The translations under genes and the position numbers were made by a program. A stretch of 62,305 nt of DNA, filler included. It is 9 parts of 9 records of this genome, joined end to end, with 100 filler letters (N's around TTAATTAATTAA, not from the genome) between each part and the next. Parts side by side here need not be neighbours in the genome. Positions count along the whole stretch, not along the records: positions 40,262 to 49,609 come from SRR31147125_13019; positions 49,710 to 55,114 come from SRR31147125_13060; 7 more parts are not named here. One strand, written 5' to 3'. Numbering within the stretch: the first letter of the stretch is position 1; every line of letters begins with the position of its first letter. The notes under the pieces are model-generated. The model ran no database searches and was not told the DNA's origin. It was given only the letters and a program-made list of their open reading frames with translations. Below, in pieces: positions 40,263-50,966 of the stretch.

Positions 40263-41276
40263 ATGAAAAAACAAGAAATGACCAAATCGTCCAACAAGGT
40301 AAAATTCGGCAACCTGATTTTGTTCTTCATTGCCTTCGGCCTGATGGCAGGTGCGATTTATTATGTTGGTAAAAACGAACTCTTTAGTCTGATCGAAAAA
40401 CTGGATTACACAAATCTTATAATAGCCGTTCTTGCCGGTTGCGGTTATATTATGGTTCGAGGAGCCAAGTGGTGGTATTTATTCAGTAAAACGGGAAAAA
40501 GTATTCCAATAAGCAGATTTTTGCCTGTGTATTTGGTTGTTAACGCTGTTGGAGCTTTGACTCCAATGAGAGCCGGAGAAGTAATCGGCCTTGGTGTTCT
40601 TCCTGAAAAAGGAGTTCAGGAAGCCGGTCGTGCATCTTTCGTGATTGTTATGGACAGATTCATCGAACTGGCACTTCTTGTTATTCATTCCGGCCTCGCA
40701 CTACTTATACTCGGATTTGGGGACAGTACGTTTGAATACGTTGCTCCTATGCTGATTTCCATAGGAATTCTGGCTCTTGTCGGAGCTATAGTTTTGATTA
40801 TACTTTTATCGGAAAATTCTTCTGTTCGTCTGGTTGATGTCTTGGCCAGAAAATTTAAAATTATCAAAAGGCCAGCAGAAATACTCAAAGTTGTACTTTC
40901 CGATTTTCATACGGCCAGAAAACATCTCGAAAACCCCAAAAAAGTGATAATGGTGTTGATTTTCGGTAGCTTATTGGCTTTATTCCTGATTGAAATTGCC
41001 GTTTTTTCACTAATCGGTGGCATTGTCGATGTAAGCATTTTGCAAACATTCATTGCTGATGGTGTTGCAAGACTTGCCGGTGTGGCGAGCATGCTGCCAT
41101 CCGGAGTTGGATCAGGAACACTTGGCTCTGCCGCTTGTCTCATCTTAATGGGTATTTCGTCAAAAGCAGCCATCGGAGCGGCTTCTGTTTCTACCATAAT
41201 TCTTTTTTCGATAAACCTGCTTTTAGGAGCATTTGCAGCCCCACTTTCAATCCGAATTAAAAACAAAGGTCAATAG
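40263..41276 (+). CDS. Lysylphosphatidylglycerol-synthase TM / UPF0104 flippase-like protein
   Basis: R..KW..L, TPMRAGE, DR..E, P.G.G, multiple TM helices. Confidence 0.8.
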   Translation: MKKQEMTKSSNKVKFGNLILFFIAFGLMAGAIYYVGKNELFSLIEKLDYTNLIIAVLAGCGYIMVRGAKWWYLFSKTGKSIPISRFLPVYLVVNAVGALTPMRAGEVIGLGVLPEKGVQEAGRASFVIVMDRFIELALLVIHSGLALLILGFGDSTFEYVAPMLISIGILALVGAIVLIILLSENSSVRLVDVLARKFKIIKRPAEILKVVLSDFHTARKHLENPKKVIMVLIFGSLLALFLIEIAVFSLIGGIVDVSILQTFIADGVARLAGVASMLPSGVGSGTLGSAACLILMGISSKAAIGAASVSTIILFSINLLLGAFAAPLSIRIKNKGQ

Positions 41277-41285
41277 GAGATTTCC

Positions 41286-41924
41286 ATGAAATGTCTTATT
41301 TACGGAGCAACCGGTTTTGGAGAAGAAATAGCGAAAACATTCAGCTATTTATCCAAAGAAGATTCATCCTCTTTCATCGAATTTGTCGGGTTTATTGATG
41401 ATGATCTTTCAAAAAAAGGTAATAAAATCGTAGGTTTGTCAATAGTCGGGAACTTAAAAGACGCTATCGCAGAATTTAAAGATACATTTCAGGTTGTTCT
41501 TGCAATCGGTAATACGAAAGTCAAAAAAGACTTAGCGAAAAGACTGACAGATAACAACATTTTATCGCCATGTTTATTACACAAAGATTCCACAATTATC
41601 GAAAAGGGTAAATTTGAGGCTGGTACAATAATTATGCCTCAATCCTTTGTTTCGGCGGATGTTCATATAGGCAAACACTCTTTTATCGGTTCCTGTTCAA
41701 CTATTGGACATAACTCAACAATTGGAGAATTCTGTACTGTGAATCCCGGCACCAAAATAGCAGGACACACAGAAGTAGGAGATAAAGTTTATTTTGGAAT
41801 CGGTGCTACTCTTATCGACAGAATATCAATTGGTAATGATGTTACCGTAGGAGCAGGTGCGGTGGTTATTGGTGATGTGGATAATTCCAAGACTGTTGTA
41901 GGCGTACCTGCAAAAACCATATAA
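41286..41924 (+). CDS. NeuD/PglD-family sugar acetyltransferase
   Basis: IYGA.GFG.E, GFIDDD, AIGN, hexapeptide repeats, IGHN, VVGVPAK. Confidence 0.88.
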   Translation: MKCLIYGATGFGEEIAKTFSYLSKEDSSSFIEFVGFIDDDLSKKGNKIVGLSIVGNLKDAIAEFKDTFQVVLAIGNTKVKKDLAKRLTDNNILSPCLLHKDSTIIEKGKFEAGTIIMPQSFVSADVHIGKHSFIGSCSTIGHNSTIGEFCTVNPGTKIAGHTEVGDKVYFGIGATLIDRISIGNDVTVGAGAVVIGDVDNSKTVVGVPAKTI

Positions 41925-41932
41925 GGAAAACG

Positions 41933-42511
41933 ATGATAAATTTTGATAATTATATTTCCGAACTTAACACCCAGACTAAAAGAACAACAGCTTCAAATAA
42001 ACAAGGAAAAGATCTGGAAACAGGCCAAGCTCTTGAAATTTTTGTTAATTTTAGTATTCAGGCTAAAGCTTCCGGAAACAGTTTGTATTTTATCGGAAAT
42101 GGTGCGAGTGCAGCAATGAGTTCGCATATGTCAGCCGATGCTGAAAAAAACGGAGGATTTTCCGCTCATTCTTTTAGTGATATTTCACTTATAACTGCGG
42201 TGAGTAACGATATTTCTTTCGATCAGGTTTACGCTCTTCCGATAAAAAGGTGCGCTCGAAAAGATGATATCCTAATAGCAATCAGCAGTTCCGGCAACTC
42301 GCCAAACATAGTAAACGCAATCAATCTTGCCAGAGAAATGGGACTTAAAATAGTCACCATCACAGGCATGAGTGAAGATAACACATGCAAACAACTAGGT
42401 GATTTGAATTTTCATACTCCAGCCAAAACCTATGGGATGGTTGAATGCGCTCATCAGACAATTCTTCATTGCTGGTTGGACAGAGTAGTTGAAAAACTCG
42501 AACAAAAATAA
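41933..42511 (+). CDS. SIS-domain phosphoheptose isomerase (GmhA-like)
   Basis: FIGNGASAA..SH, TAVSND..F, DILIAISSSGNSPN, YG.VE..H. Confidence 0.8.
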   Translation: MINFDNYISELNTQTKRTTASNKQGKDLETGQALEIFVNFSIQAKASGNSLYFIGNGASAAMSSHMSADAEKNGGFSAHSFSDISLITAVSNDISFDQVYALPIKRCARKDDILIAISSSGNSPNIVNAINLAREMGLKIVTITGMSEDNTCKQLGDLNFHTPAKTYGMVECAHQTILHCWLDRVVEKLEQK

Positions 42512-43090
42512 CTAATCACCCTTTTCTTTTAAAATAAATTGCACAGCCGCTTGCAAGTTATCAGCAATTAAACATTTGATATCATTATCTTTTTGGGCTA
42601 ACTCTTGCTCGGATTGTTTACCAACTCCGGTTCTGACAAGAATTGGTGTGCATCCGGCATTTTGACCAGCTAGAATATCCGAGATTCTATCTCCAACCAT
42701 ATAACTCTTCGATAAATCTATATCCCATTTTTGGGCAGCCTTTAAAAGCATTCCTGGGGCAGGCTTCCTGTCTTCAGATTCTATAAGATATTCACCAATT
42801 CCATTTGTTGGATGATAAGGACAATAAAAAATATCATCAATTTTTGCTTTAGATTCCAAAAGCTTCAAACTCATTTCCTGATTTACTTTATTGAAATCTT
42901 TTACAGTAAAATACCCTCTTCCAATACCAGATTGATTTGTAACGACAACTGATAAATATTCAGAATCATTAAGTTTTTTGATTGCATCCCCAGACCCATC
43001 AATAATCAACAGTTTATTAGGATCATGCAAATAATCTACTTCTTCGTTAATCACTCCGTCTCTGTCTAAAAACACCGCTTTTTTCTTCAT
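42512..43090 (-). CDS. gmhB: D,D-heptose 1,7-bisphosphate phosphatase
   Basis: AVFLDRDGVIN, VVTNQSGIGRG, YCPYHP, RKPAPGML, SYMVGDR.SD. Confidence 0.9.
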   Translation of the reverse strand: MKKKAVFLDRDGVINEEVDYLHDPNKLLIIDGSGDAIKKLNDSEYLSVVVTNQSGIGRGYFTVKDFNKVNQEMSLKLLESKAKIDDIFYCPYHPTNGIGEYLIESEDRKPAPGMLLKAAQKWDIDLSKSYMVGDRISDILAGQNAGCTPILVRTGVGKQSEQELAQKDNDIKCLIADNLQAAVQFILKEKGD

Positions 43091-43229
43091 TATTTTACTC
43101 TCAATCTTGTGATGCATATTTATACATCGAACACATCTTTTTGTATAGGCGATATAGTTTTAAACCCATGTTTTTCACATTTTCTTGTACACAATTCATT
43201 GTTAATTAACTAGTGATTTCCTACCATTC

Positions 43230-43258
43230 TTGACATATTAACAAAGATGAAATAAGCT
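43230..43258 (+). promoter_or_regulatory. Sigma-70 promoter of the large surface-protein gene
   Basis: TTGACA-N17-TAAGCT, 55 bp before the ATG; GGAGG RBS at 43303-43307. Confidence 0.55.
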
Positions 43259-43312
43259 GTAATATTAACAGGTTCCGTGTTACCCGTCCTGTTGAATCTT
43301 TCGGAGGAAATC

Positions 43313-46300
43313 ATGCTCGATCTAGTATTAAAACGTTATGAAGCCATAGCTGTGTTCGCGTTTCTTGTTTTCATCTTTTATGCTTTTCCTGTAACTATTT
43401 TTGAGAATAATGTATGTGCAAGCACTGTCGCTCATTTCAAAGCCTATGAAATAAAAGACTTATGCGACAATGAAAAAGGCGATCCGTTCTCCGGTAAGCC
43501 TGAACCTCACTACAGAATGGCAATTTTCGATTATTACACAAGCACCACAAAAGCAGCGATACTTGGTTCTTGCGAAGATGGCCATACAAGTGATGGTGGC
43601 CATTGCAGAACTCATGATGAATGCGGATATCCGAGCAATAGATGCGGTAATTGGAATTTTACTGACCATGAACTGACAAAAACCATACCCGGAGGTCAAG
43701 GAGCTTACTTCATGTTCAGTCTTCTGGATGAAGATCCTGATGCCAGTGATCTTTTGGGAGATCACTGGTTTTTTCTAGGTTCATCTCAGTCAGCATCTTC
43801 ATGGTACTGGAACAACCATGACTCTCCTTATTATCCAGACAACTATATGGACAAGGTTTGTGATTGGAATACCGAATATCAATCGGATATGGACTGGGAA
43901 GACAACTATCAAGTCAGATACCAAGCATGGTTCACTGATACAAACGCACCATCAGGAAACTACAACCTTAAACATACAGATGATTCGATCTCAAGCACAT
44001 ATTACAATAATGACGGCACCATGAGTTTTAACTGGAGTTATGTGTCTGACCCTGACACCGGAATTTCCGATTATACTGCAACACTGGTCAAAAAATCCCC
44101 ATCGGGAGGAAATGTTTATTATAACCAAAGCCTTGGAATCAAAAGCTCGTTAACAGTTTGTACATCAGGTTGCACATTATCCCATACTCCACTTCACGGA
44201 CAGGAATATGCATTAACCCTTAGAGCTTACAATGGTTCATATCCTACAATTTCAAACAAGACCTACTTTTCAAGCCCGGAAGTAAAAGTTTACACAGACT
44301 TGGTAGATCCTGTTTCAACTATTACCAACCCAAGCGCAACTAGCTGGTTTAACTCAGGATTTAACGTTTCTTTCTCAGATAGCGACGATGGTGCCGGACT
44401 AGATGAAAACAAATGTAGAATGCGGGTAGTAAGTGAAACTACAGAAACAAAAGCATGGGCATGGAGATCATGCACTGGATCACAATACATTTCAGTTGGA
44501 GTTGATCCATCATATTTCTGTAAACATCAGGGAGAAAGCATGTGCAAGGTCTACGCAGATTCAACAGATCTTGCAAGAAATCCCTCAGCCACAAACACTC
44601 GATCTTTCAATATTGACTGGACAGAAGATCCAATATCTACCCTGACAGTTAAAACAAGCAGTTCCGGATCTAATTTAAGTGAAGGTAGCTGGCAACCTGA
44701 CAACGATCCGTATTTTAGTTGGGAAGTAGATTCAAGCTCGAAAATTGCTCCTATTGATGGCTACTCTTACAAGCTCGACTCAGATCCGGATTGCGACAAG
44801 GATATCAGCCAGAATTCTTTCCAATATGGATCGAACGCAATTGCGGATGGTCAGCATACATTCCGTGTACGAGCCTTGGATGTTGCCGGTAATTGCGGAC
44901 CGATTAAAACCTATTTTCTCTATGTCGATTCCCACGGCGATACAATCAGCAACCTTAGAGCCTTTACTCACTCCGGCGGACAATTCATCCAACAGAGAGT
45001 ATGGCAAAATGATATCTCTCCCTATTTCAACTGGAACGCCCCTGCTGATTCGCTTTCTCCCGTTGCAGGTTATTCTGTCAGCTTTAATTCCGATCCTGAC
45101 TGTACTGTTGATACAGGACAGGCAAACTACAGTGCCCCACAATTAGCAAGTGGCAAGTATGAATTTAAAGTAAGAGCGATAGATCAGGCAGGCAATTGCG
45201 GAGCTATTTCATCTTATGAAATCTATGTAGATACTTCTGCTGATGAAATCCTGAATATTACAGCCTATGAAGATGACACAAAATCAGTAGAGATTTTCAG
45301 CCACCCAGATATATGGACACAAGACAATGATCCCTATTTCGAGTGGGAAATTGATACACCTGAATATTCTCCGATATCAGGATACTCGGTAGCATTTGAT
45401 GAAGAACCCGATTGCACGGTTGATACGGCAAATACATACTACACAGTTGATGACGCTAATCCGCTTGAAGAAGGCAAACATATATTTTATTTGAAAGCAA
45501 TTGACACAGCCGGTAATTGTGGAAATACAAAAGCGTTCGGCATTCAAGTGGATACCGTAAAAGAAAAGATCCTATGCCTTGAGTTTTTTGAAGAAAAAGA
45601 TGGTAAATTTATTCCTCTCTCAACTTGGCAAAAAGATAATGATCCCTTTTTAAAATTTGAGAAGCCATATTCATCGATTGAAGATCCTGGTTTTCTCACA
45701 TCATCACCAATGAAAGAATTCCTGATAGATGTCGATACAGACCCCGGATGCGAAAGAAATTCGACCAATATTTCAGTCGCTCCCGAAGGTTTTCAGTTTA
45801 ACGATGACGCATTATCGGATGGAACTCATATCGTTTATATAAGGGCAATCGATACTGCCGGAAACTGTGGCAATGCCGTCAGATATGATATATGGGTGGA
45901 TACAAGTGCGGATCAGATCCGAAATCTTGAAGTGTTCGATGAACCTGATGGCAATTCGATAGCGGACTCCATATGGCAAAGAGATGCCGATCCTTACCTG
46001 ACATGGTTGCCTCCGCTAAATCCGACATCACCTATAGATGGATATGCGGTAGGTCTTGATGAAGAACCTGAATGTTTTGCAACCGTAGCAAACACAAATT
46101 ATCAGTTCACGAATGAATCAATACCAGAAGGAAAGCATGTCATTTACATAAGAACCGTTGATAAAGCAGGTAATTGCTCGACTTCGGTTGCTTTTAATTT
46201 GTATGTTGATTTTACAAGCGAATTTACCCAGAATTTAGTTGCATATACCGAAGCAAATGGCACCTATATCCCGCAAAAAACATGGCAGAATGATTCTACG

Positions 46301-48871
46301 CCTTATTTTAAATGGGATGCACCTCTAAGTGCTTCTCCTGTTGAAGGATATGCAGTCGGCTTTGATTCCACTCCATCTTGCGACACAATAACAACTACGA
46401 ACACCTTCTTTGATACTGCAAATTCCCCTCTTATGGACGGACAGCACACATTCTCGGTCATATCAATTGACATGGCAGGAAATTGCAGCAAACCTGTTAT
46501 GTACGAGTTATATGTTGATACTACATCTGAAATAATCTCCAATTTGAATGTATATGATTCTATTGGTGGTACAGCCATTGCTGAATCGTCATGGCAAAAG
46601 GATGACGATCCTTATTTGACCTGGGATGCACCAAGTTCCGCATCTCCAATTGCCGGTTATACTGTAAACGTTGATGCTGAACCAGCTTGCCTTACTAGTC
46701 ATAAAGTTCCACACTACACAATTTTGCCCGACAGCATTTCAGATGGAAAACATATCATCTACATCAGAACTCGTGACGAGGCAGGAAATTGTGGAAATTC
46801 GTTTACCTTTTCTATTTGGGTAAAAACTTCCGCTCCTGGAATCAGTTTTGTAGAAATACTGCCTAATCCAGCTAAAGCTGGAGATACTATAAACATAAAA
46901 GTCAAGTCCGATTCCGATTTACCAAAAGCTCCCGAAGTAATGATAAACTCATACAAAAAAGCTATTTATAATTCTGTAAATAATGGTGTTTATTCATATA
47001 CTTACGGAGTCACCGGCAGTGAAGTCAATACAACCAATCCGACAGGCAAGGAAGTATCAATAACAGCAGAAGCGATTGACATGGCTGGGAATCCGGGAAC
47101 TGCACTTTCAAAAATTGTATTTGACTTTAATATTCCCGTTATCGTCGGCGATGTTTCCATCGTTCCTGTTTTAGCTACTAAAAATGATGAATTAACTATC
47201 ACTTTCGAGGTTTCAGAAGAGTTACAGAAAAGCCCGATTGTGACACTAGGATCAACTTATCTGGCGACAATGAATAATAAAGATGCGCTGAACTATACTT
47301 TCACTTACACATTAACAGGAAATGAAACCGAGAACACTTTACCTGTTGATATCAACCTCATGGATTTGGCAGGCAATGAAAACAACATAATCGAAAACAC
47401 ATCTACAGACTTTACTGCTCCTGTAATTCATGGTCTTATGCCAAACAATAGATTTTATGTAGATCGTGGCGAAAAGCTCACGATTAGCTGGAGTACTACA
47501 GATAAAAACAAAGACACAGCATCTATCTACCTGTCACTCGATTCAGGCCAAACATTCGATACAGTATTAGCTAAAAACATCAATGATTCCGGTAGCTTCG
47601 AATGGCAAGTAACTCAAAGCCCGACAAACAAGGCAAGATTTAAAGTTGAGGCTACGGATAAAGTCGGCTTAAAAGGAAGTATTGAAAGCACTGCTGATTT
47701 CAGGATCAGGGATCAAGTTGCCGATCATATTAAATTGACGACAGAAGACGGCAAAGCAGTCATCAACACAACTGAAAAAATCACGATTCAGGTAGTTGAT
47801 GCTCTTGGAGATCCTGTTGATGGTCAATATGAAGTTGTACTGAACCTGCCTGATTATTCAGGAATAAATGGTTCAACATTGTCACAAACATCTTTAAAAG
47901 AAAGAAAGTTCACCGGCACAACCAAAGAAGATGGATCTGGTAGTGTGGACTTCTGGTCAAGCAAGGTGGGAATTGCTATTGTTATCCCGTCTTCCGACAA
48001 CCTGCCTTCTACAGCAGCGCATGAGAATGCTTCAATCACCTTTGTAGAATGTTTCAAAGATGCTGATTGTCCGAAGGGTCAGGAATGCGATCAGGATGTT
48101 TTCCGCTGCTTCGTTCCCGGTGGTGCAAAACTTTGTGAATCCTGCATCGATGATGAAGACTGCATAAATGAAGGAAGCCTTTGTGTTCAATCTGAAACGG
48201 ATCAAAACGATTACTTCTGTGGACTTGATTGTTCCGCGCCAGAAGTTGAATGCCCAGACGATTACAAATGCGCTGAAATAGTTGATGAAAACACACGAGT
48301 AACAGCCAGGCAGTGCATACCGAATGACAATCTGACTTGTGATGATCTAGTCGAGCCGGAAGATGGCGATTCAGACTCGGAAGAATCCGAAGGACATGAG
48401 CTTGAAGATTCTGACATGGAATTTGACGAATCGGATCTTGAACATATGGAAGACGATCTTGATTCTACAGAAAACGAATCCGGTGAACTGGACACAGTAG
48501 ATCCTGATGGAGATTCGGACAACTCACAACTGGAAAGTGACACCGATAGTGGATTAACAGAACAAGACAAATGCAAGCCGGGAACTCTCGGTTGTGACTG
48601 TTTTGAAAATGGAACTTGTGAAGACGGCCTTGTTTGTCACAGCTCGGATATTTGTATTCAGGACACTTCAAAACCCGATGGAGATCAAGTCGATTCATTA
48701 CATGAAATGGATGGTGGATTCCCGGATGGTGATGATCCCGGTGGAGTAACCGGCAACGATGATGGTAATATCGGCAGTGATTGCAACAGCTTAGGCGGCT
48801 ATCATGGATCACTCATTATGCTTGGATTGCTTGCTATCGCTTTTTACAGACGCAGAAAAAGAATTATATAA
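43313..48871 (+). CDS. Large secreted repeat surface protein (Ig/FN3-like repeats, Cys-rich and acidic regions, MYXO-CTERM-like tail)
   Basis: Signal peptide; seven ~100-aa repeats; D.AGN Ig-like strands; EGF/dickkopf-like Cys clusters; PDGD acidic linker; tail GSDC..-TM-RRRKR. Confidence 0.85.
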   Translation: MLDLVLKRYEAIAVFAFLVFIFYAFPVTIFENNVCASTVAHFKAYEIKDLCDNEKGDPFSGKPEPHYRMAIFDYYTSTTKAAILGSCEDGHTSDGGHCRTHDECGYPSNRCGNWNFTDHELTKTIPGGQGAYFMFSLLDEDPDASDLLGDHWFFLGSSQSASSWYWNNHDSPYYPDNYMDKVCDWNTEYQSDMDWEDNYQVRYQAWFTDTNAPSGNYNLKHTDDSISSTYYNNDGTMSFNWSYVSDPDTGISDYTATLVKKSPSGGNVYYNQSLGIKSSLTVCTSGCTLSHTPLHGQEYALTLRAYNGSYPTISNKTYFSSPEVKVYTDLVDPVSTITNPSATSWFNSGFNVSFSDSDDGAGLDENKCRMRVVSETTETKAWAWRSCTGSQYISVGVDPSYFCKHQGESMCKVYADSTDLARNPSATNTRSFNIDWTEDPISTLTVKTSSSGSNLSEGSWQPDNDPYFSWEVDSSSKIAPIDGYSYKLDSDPDCDKDISQNSFQYGSNAIADGQHTFRVRALDVAGNCGPIKTYFLYVDSHGDTISNLRAFTHSGGQFIQQRVWQNDISPYFNWNAPADSLSPVAGYSVSFNSDPDCTVDTGQANYSAPQLASGKYEFKVRAIDQAGNCGAISSYEIYVDTSADEILNITAYEDDTKSVEIFSHPDIWTQDNDPYFEWEIDTPEYSPISGYSVAFDEEPDCTVDTANTYYTVDDANPLEEGKHIFYLKAIDTAGNCGNTKAFGIQVDTVKEKILCLEFFEEKDGKFIPLSTWQKDNDPFLKFEKPYSSIEDPGFLTSSPMKEFLIDVDTDPGCERNSTNISVAPEGFQFNDDALSDGTHIVYIRAIDTAGNCGNAVRYDIWVDTSADQIRNLEVFDEPDGNSIADSIWQRDADPYLTWLPPLNPTSPIDGYAVGLDEEPECFATVANTNYQFTNESIPEGKHVIYIRTVDKAGNCSTSVAFNLYVDFTSEFTQNLVAYTEANGTYIPQKTWQNDSTPYFKWDAPLSASPVEGYAVGFDSTPSCDTITTTNTFFDTANSPLMDGQHTFSVISIDMAGNCSKPVMYELYVDTTSEIISNLNVYDSIGGTAIAESSWQKDDDPYLTWDAPSSASPIAGYTVNVDAEPACLTSHKVPHYTILPDSISDGKHIIYIRTRDEAGNCGNSFTFSIWVKTSAPGISFVEILPNPAKAGDTINIKVKSDSDLPKAPEVMINSYKKAIYNSVNNGVYSYTYGVTGSEVNTTNPTGKEVSITAEAIDMAGNPGTALSKIVFDFNIPVIVGDVSIVPVLATKNDELTITFEVSEELQKSPIVTLGSTYLATMNNKDALNYTFTYTLTGNETENTLPVDINLMDLAGNENNIIENTSTDFTAPVIHGLMPNNRFYVDRGEKLTISWSTTDKNKDTASIYLSLDSGQTFDTVLAKNINDSGSFEWQVTQSPTNKARFKVEATDKVGLKGSIESTADFRIRDQVADHIKLTTEDGKAVINTTEKITIQVVDALGDPVDGQYEVVLNLPDYSGINGSTLSQTSLKERKFTGTTKEDGSGSVDFWSSKVGIAIVIPSSDNLPSTAAHENASITFVECFKDADCPKGQECDQDVFRCFVPGGAKLCESCIDDEDCINEGSLCVQSETDQNDYFCGLDCSAPEVECPDDYKCAEIVDENTRVTARQCIPNDNLTCDDLVEPEDGDSDSEESEGHELEDSDMEFDESDLEHMEDDLDSTENESGELDTVDPDGDSDNSQLESDTDSGLTEQDKCKPGTLGCDCFENGTCEDGLVCHSSDICIQDTSKPDGDQVDSLHEMDGGFPDGDDPGGVTGNDDGNIGSDCNSLGGYHGSLIMLGLLAIAFYRRRKRII
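44615..46825 (+). repeat. Seven tandem ~100-aa protein repeats
   Basis: Consensus I.NL.....G..I....WQ.D.DPYF.W..P...SPI.GY....D..P.C......G.H.F...A.D.AGNC.....Y.VD. Confidence 0.9.
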
Positions 48872-48929
48872 GTAGCTTTTTCATTATGCACTCGATTCAA
48901 GATCTTAATGAATTTATATAGTTGGAGAA

Positions 48930-49577
48930 ATGTCTCTGACCTGCCTTGTAAATTTTGCTCATTCTATAAGATGCCTCGAAATTAACAATAATTACGGGAG
49001 TTTATACGTGACAGAAGACAGCAATGTAAAACGATCTGAAACATCATTGTCACTAAAAATAAACATAACACCGGATGATTTTGTTGAATTCAATAACTAC
49101 ATATATTTTACGAAACACACCAGTTTTTATTGGCGAATTCTTGTTACCACGATAGTGGTCTTTTTACTTATTCTAGGAGCTATTCCATTATTCGACAGTG
49201 AAGGCTATTTTGATACATTTTTCTACACAATCCTTACGATTAGTGCTTTGATTGTTTTACCTTTTATTCCAACTTTTACAAAAAAAGGAATAAAGAAAAA
49301 CTTCTATCGTATGGCAATGCTGCTTGAGAAGAACGGGAGCGTTCTGGGAGATAAGACACTACACATAGACTCAGGAAAATTTTGTGAAGCTTCTGATAAG
49401 GGAGAACAGATAACCACTTGGTCTGGTGTTCTGGAAATTACTCGCCACAAACAATATATCTATGTTTTTATAGATTCTCTAGCAGCTCACATCATACCCA
49501 TTCGTCATTTTGATAACGAGAAACACGCACAATCATTTTACCAGTTGATGACAGATTGGCAGAAATCAGCAAAATAA
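48930..49577 (+). CDS. YcxB-family membrane protein
   Basis: Two TM helices, then W..V..I......YVF....AHIIP.R.F; start may be GTG 49008. Confidence 0.75.
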   Translation: MSLTCLVNFAHSIRCLEINNNYGSLYVTEDSNVKRSETSLSLKINITPDDFVEFNNYIYFTKHTSFYWRILVTTIVVFLLILGAIPLFDSEGYFDTFFYTILTISALIVLPFIPTFTKKGIKKNFYRMAMLLEKNGSVLGDKTLHIDSGKFCEASDKGEQITTWSGVLEITRHKQYIYVFIDSLAAHIIPIRHFDNEKHAQSFYQLMTDWQKSAK

Positions 49578-49609
49578 TAAACTAGTGTTTATTCCTGATT
49601 TCTAATTAG

Positions 49610-49709
49610 NNNNNNNNNNNNNNNNNNNNNNNNNNNNNNNNNNNNNNNNNNNNTTAATTAATTAANNNNNNNNNNNNNNNNNNNNNNNNNNNNNNNNNNN
49701 NNNNNNNNN
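49610..49709. other. Artificial contig spacer
   Basis: 44 N + TTAATTAATTAA + 44 N. Confidence 0.98.
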
Positions 49710-49764
49710 AAATTTAAAGCAAAAAAATAATATTTCCTACGCATTAAATTCTTATTTAGATTTT

Positions 49765-50865
49765 TTAACGACAAGTAATGTAAGGCCTAATTTTACTAAT
49801 AGTTTCAGAATCAAAGGATTTAATCGATCTAACATCTGAAAAATTTTTATACGGCCCATTGGCATCTCTCCTGTTTAACATTTCCTTTACATGTTCCTTA
49901 TTTAAATACGGATGCCGCAGTAATTCTGAAAAATCTGAAAAATTTAGCCGCAGCTTTTCGATCTTGGTTGTATCCGTGTAAACAAACTCTTCAATCTTAT
50001 TATAGGTACCCTCGGGAAAATGATAAACCTCCAACAACTGATCTTTAGAATAATAGCCACCAAGTAAGTTGCGATATTTAATGATACGTGTTGCATAAGA
50101 TGGACCAATTCCCGGAAGTTGAATCAAGTCGGCAGTATCAGCAGTATTCAATTCAATCCAAAATGTTTCAGCTTCAGGCGGTGGAGGCAAAACTATTTCT
50201 TCAATTTTAATATGACTTTGAATAGAACGAAAAAAAACCGAATCGACGCCATAAATTTTCAGAAGATCTACAGGTTCTTTAAAAGAACCACCTTTTGAGC
50301 GATATGCAAGCAGGTTTTTCGCCTGAAAATTATTGAATCCAAACTCCTGCAATTCATTATTATCTGCCGAATTTGGATCGAAAAAACCAGATAAAACATT
50401 CTGCACATTCTTCTTTTCCACTGCAACAGGTTTACTAAAAGTTCGTTTTTCAATTCTGATATACGGCTCAATCAGATAAAATATAGAATCATTCATTCCA
50501 TAAATTTTACGAACATCAGTGGAATTTTTAAATGTACCTCCGGCTTTACGATAACTGATAATGTTTCGTTTTATAAATGATGGGACAGACAAAGAGTCAA
50601 GGCTTGCAACCGGAATCTTATTTGGATCGAAATGAAACAAACACTTTGCAGTTGGCTTATCTTTTTCTTTTTGCTCTTTTTCCCATTGAGCAACTTTCTT
50701 TTTAATTTCGGTGAAATCGGAAACAGATTTCGGAATAAAATACTCCAATAATGAATTAGCGACAACAATTAACAGGAGCACTCCTGCAAGAATAAGAATT
50801 GCATTTCTATCGGAACGAGAGTAACCAAAAAGATTTTTAATATTTCGCTTTGAGAGCCTGCCCAT
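49765..50865 (-). CDS. ComEA-like helix-hairpin-helix DNA-binding protein (Bacteroidota type)
   Basis: N-terminal TM; repeated FDPN..YR.KGG.F....D..KIYG; ELNTADT..L.QLPGIGP..A.RI.KYR.LLGG. Confidence 0.85.
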   Translation of the reverse strand: MGRLSKRNIKNLFGYSRSDRNAILILAGVLLLIVVANSLLEYFIPKSVSDFTEIKKKVAQWEKEQKEKDKPTAKCLFHFDPNKIPVASLDSLSVPSFIKRNIISYRKAGGTFKNSTDVRKIYGMNDSIFYLIEPYIRIEKRTFSKPVAVEKKNVQNVLSGFFDPNSADNNELQEFGFNNFQAKNLLAYRSKGGSFKEPVDLLKIYGVDSVFFRSIQSHIKIEEIVLPPPPEAETFWIELNTADTADLIQLPGIGPSYATRIIKYRNLLGGYYSKDQLLEVYHFPEGTYNKIEEFVYTDTTKIEKLRLNFSDFSELLRHPYLNKEHVKEMLNRRDANGPYKNFSDVRSIKSFDSETISKIRPYITCR

Positions 50866-50966
50866 TAAAGTTGTTTATTTGGATCCGGATTATAAATTTA
50901 CAAAATCCTGACCCCAACCCCAAAAGCAAAACGAAAAAGATAAGTTCCCTGCTATTGTATTCTTAG

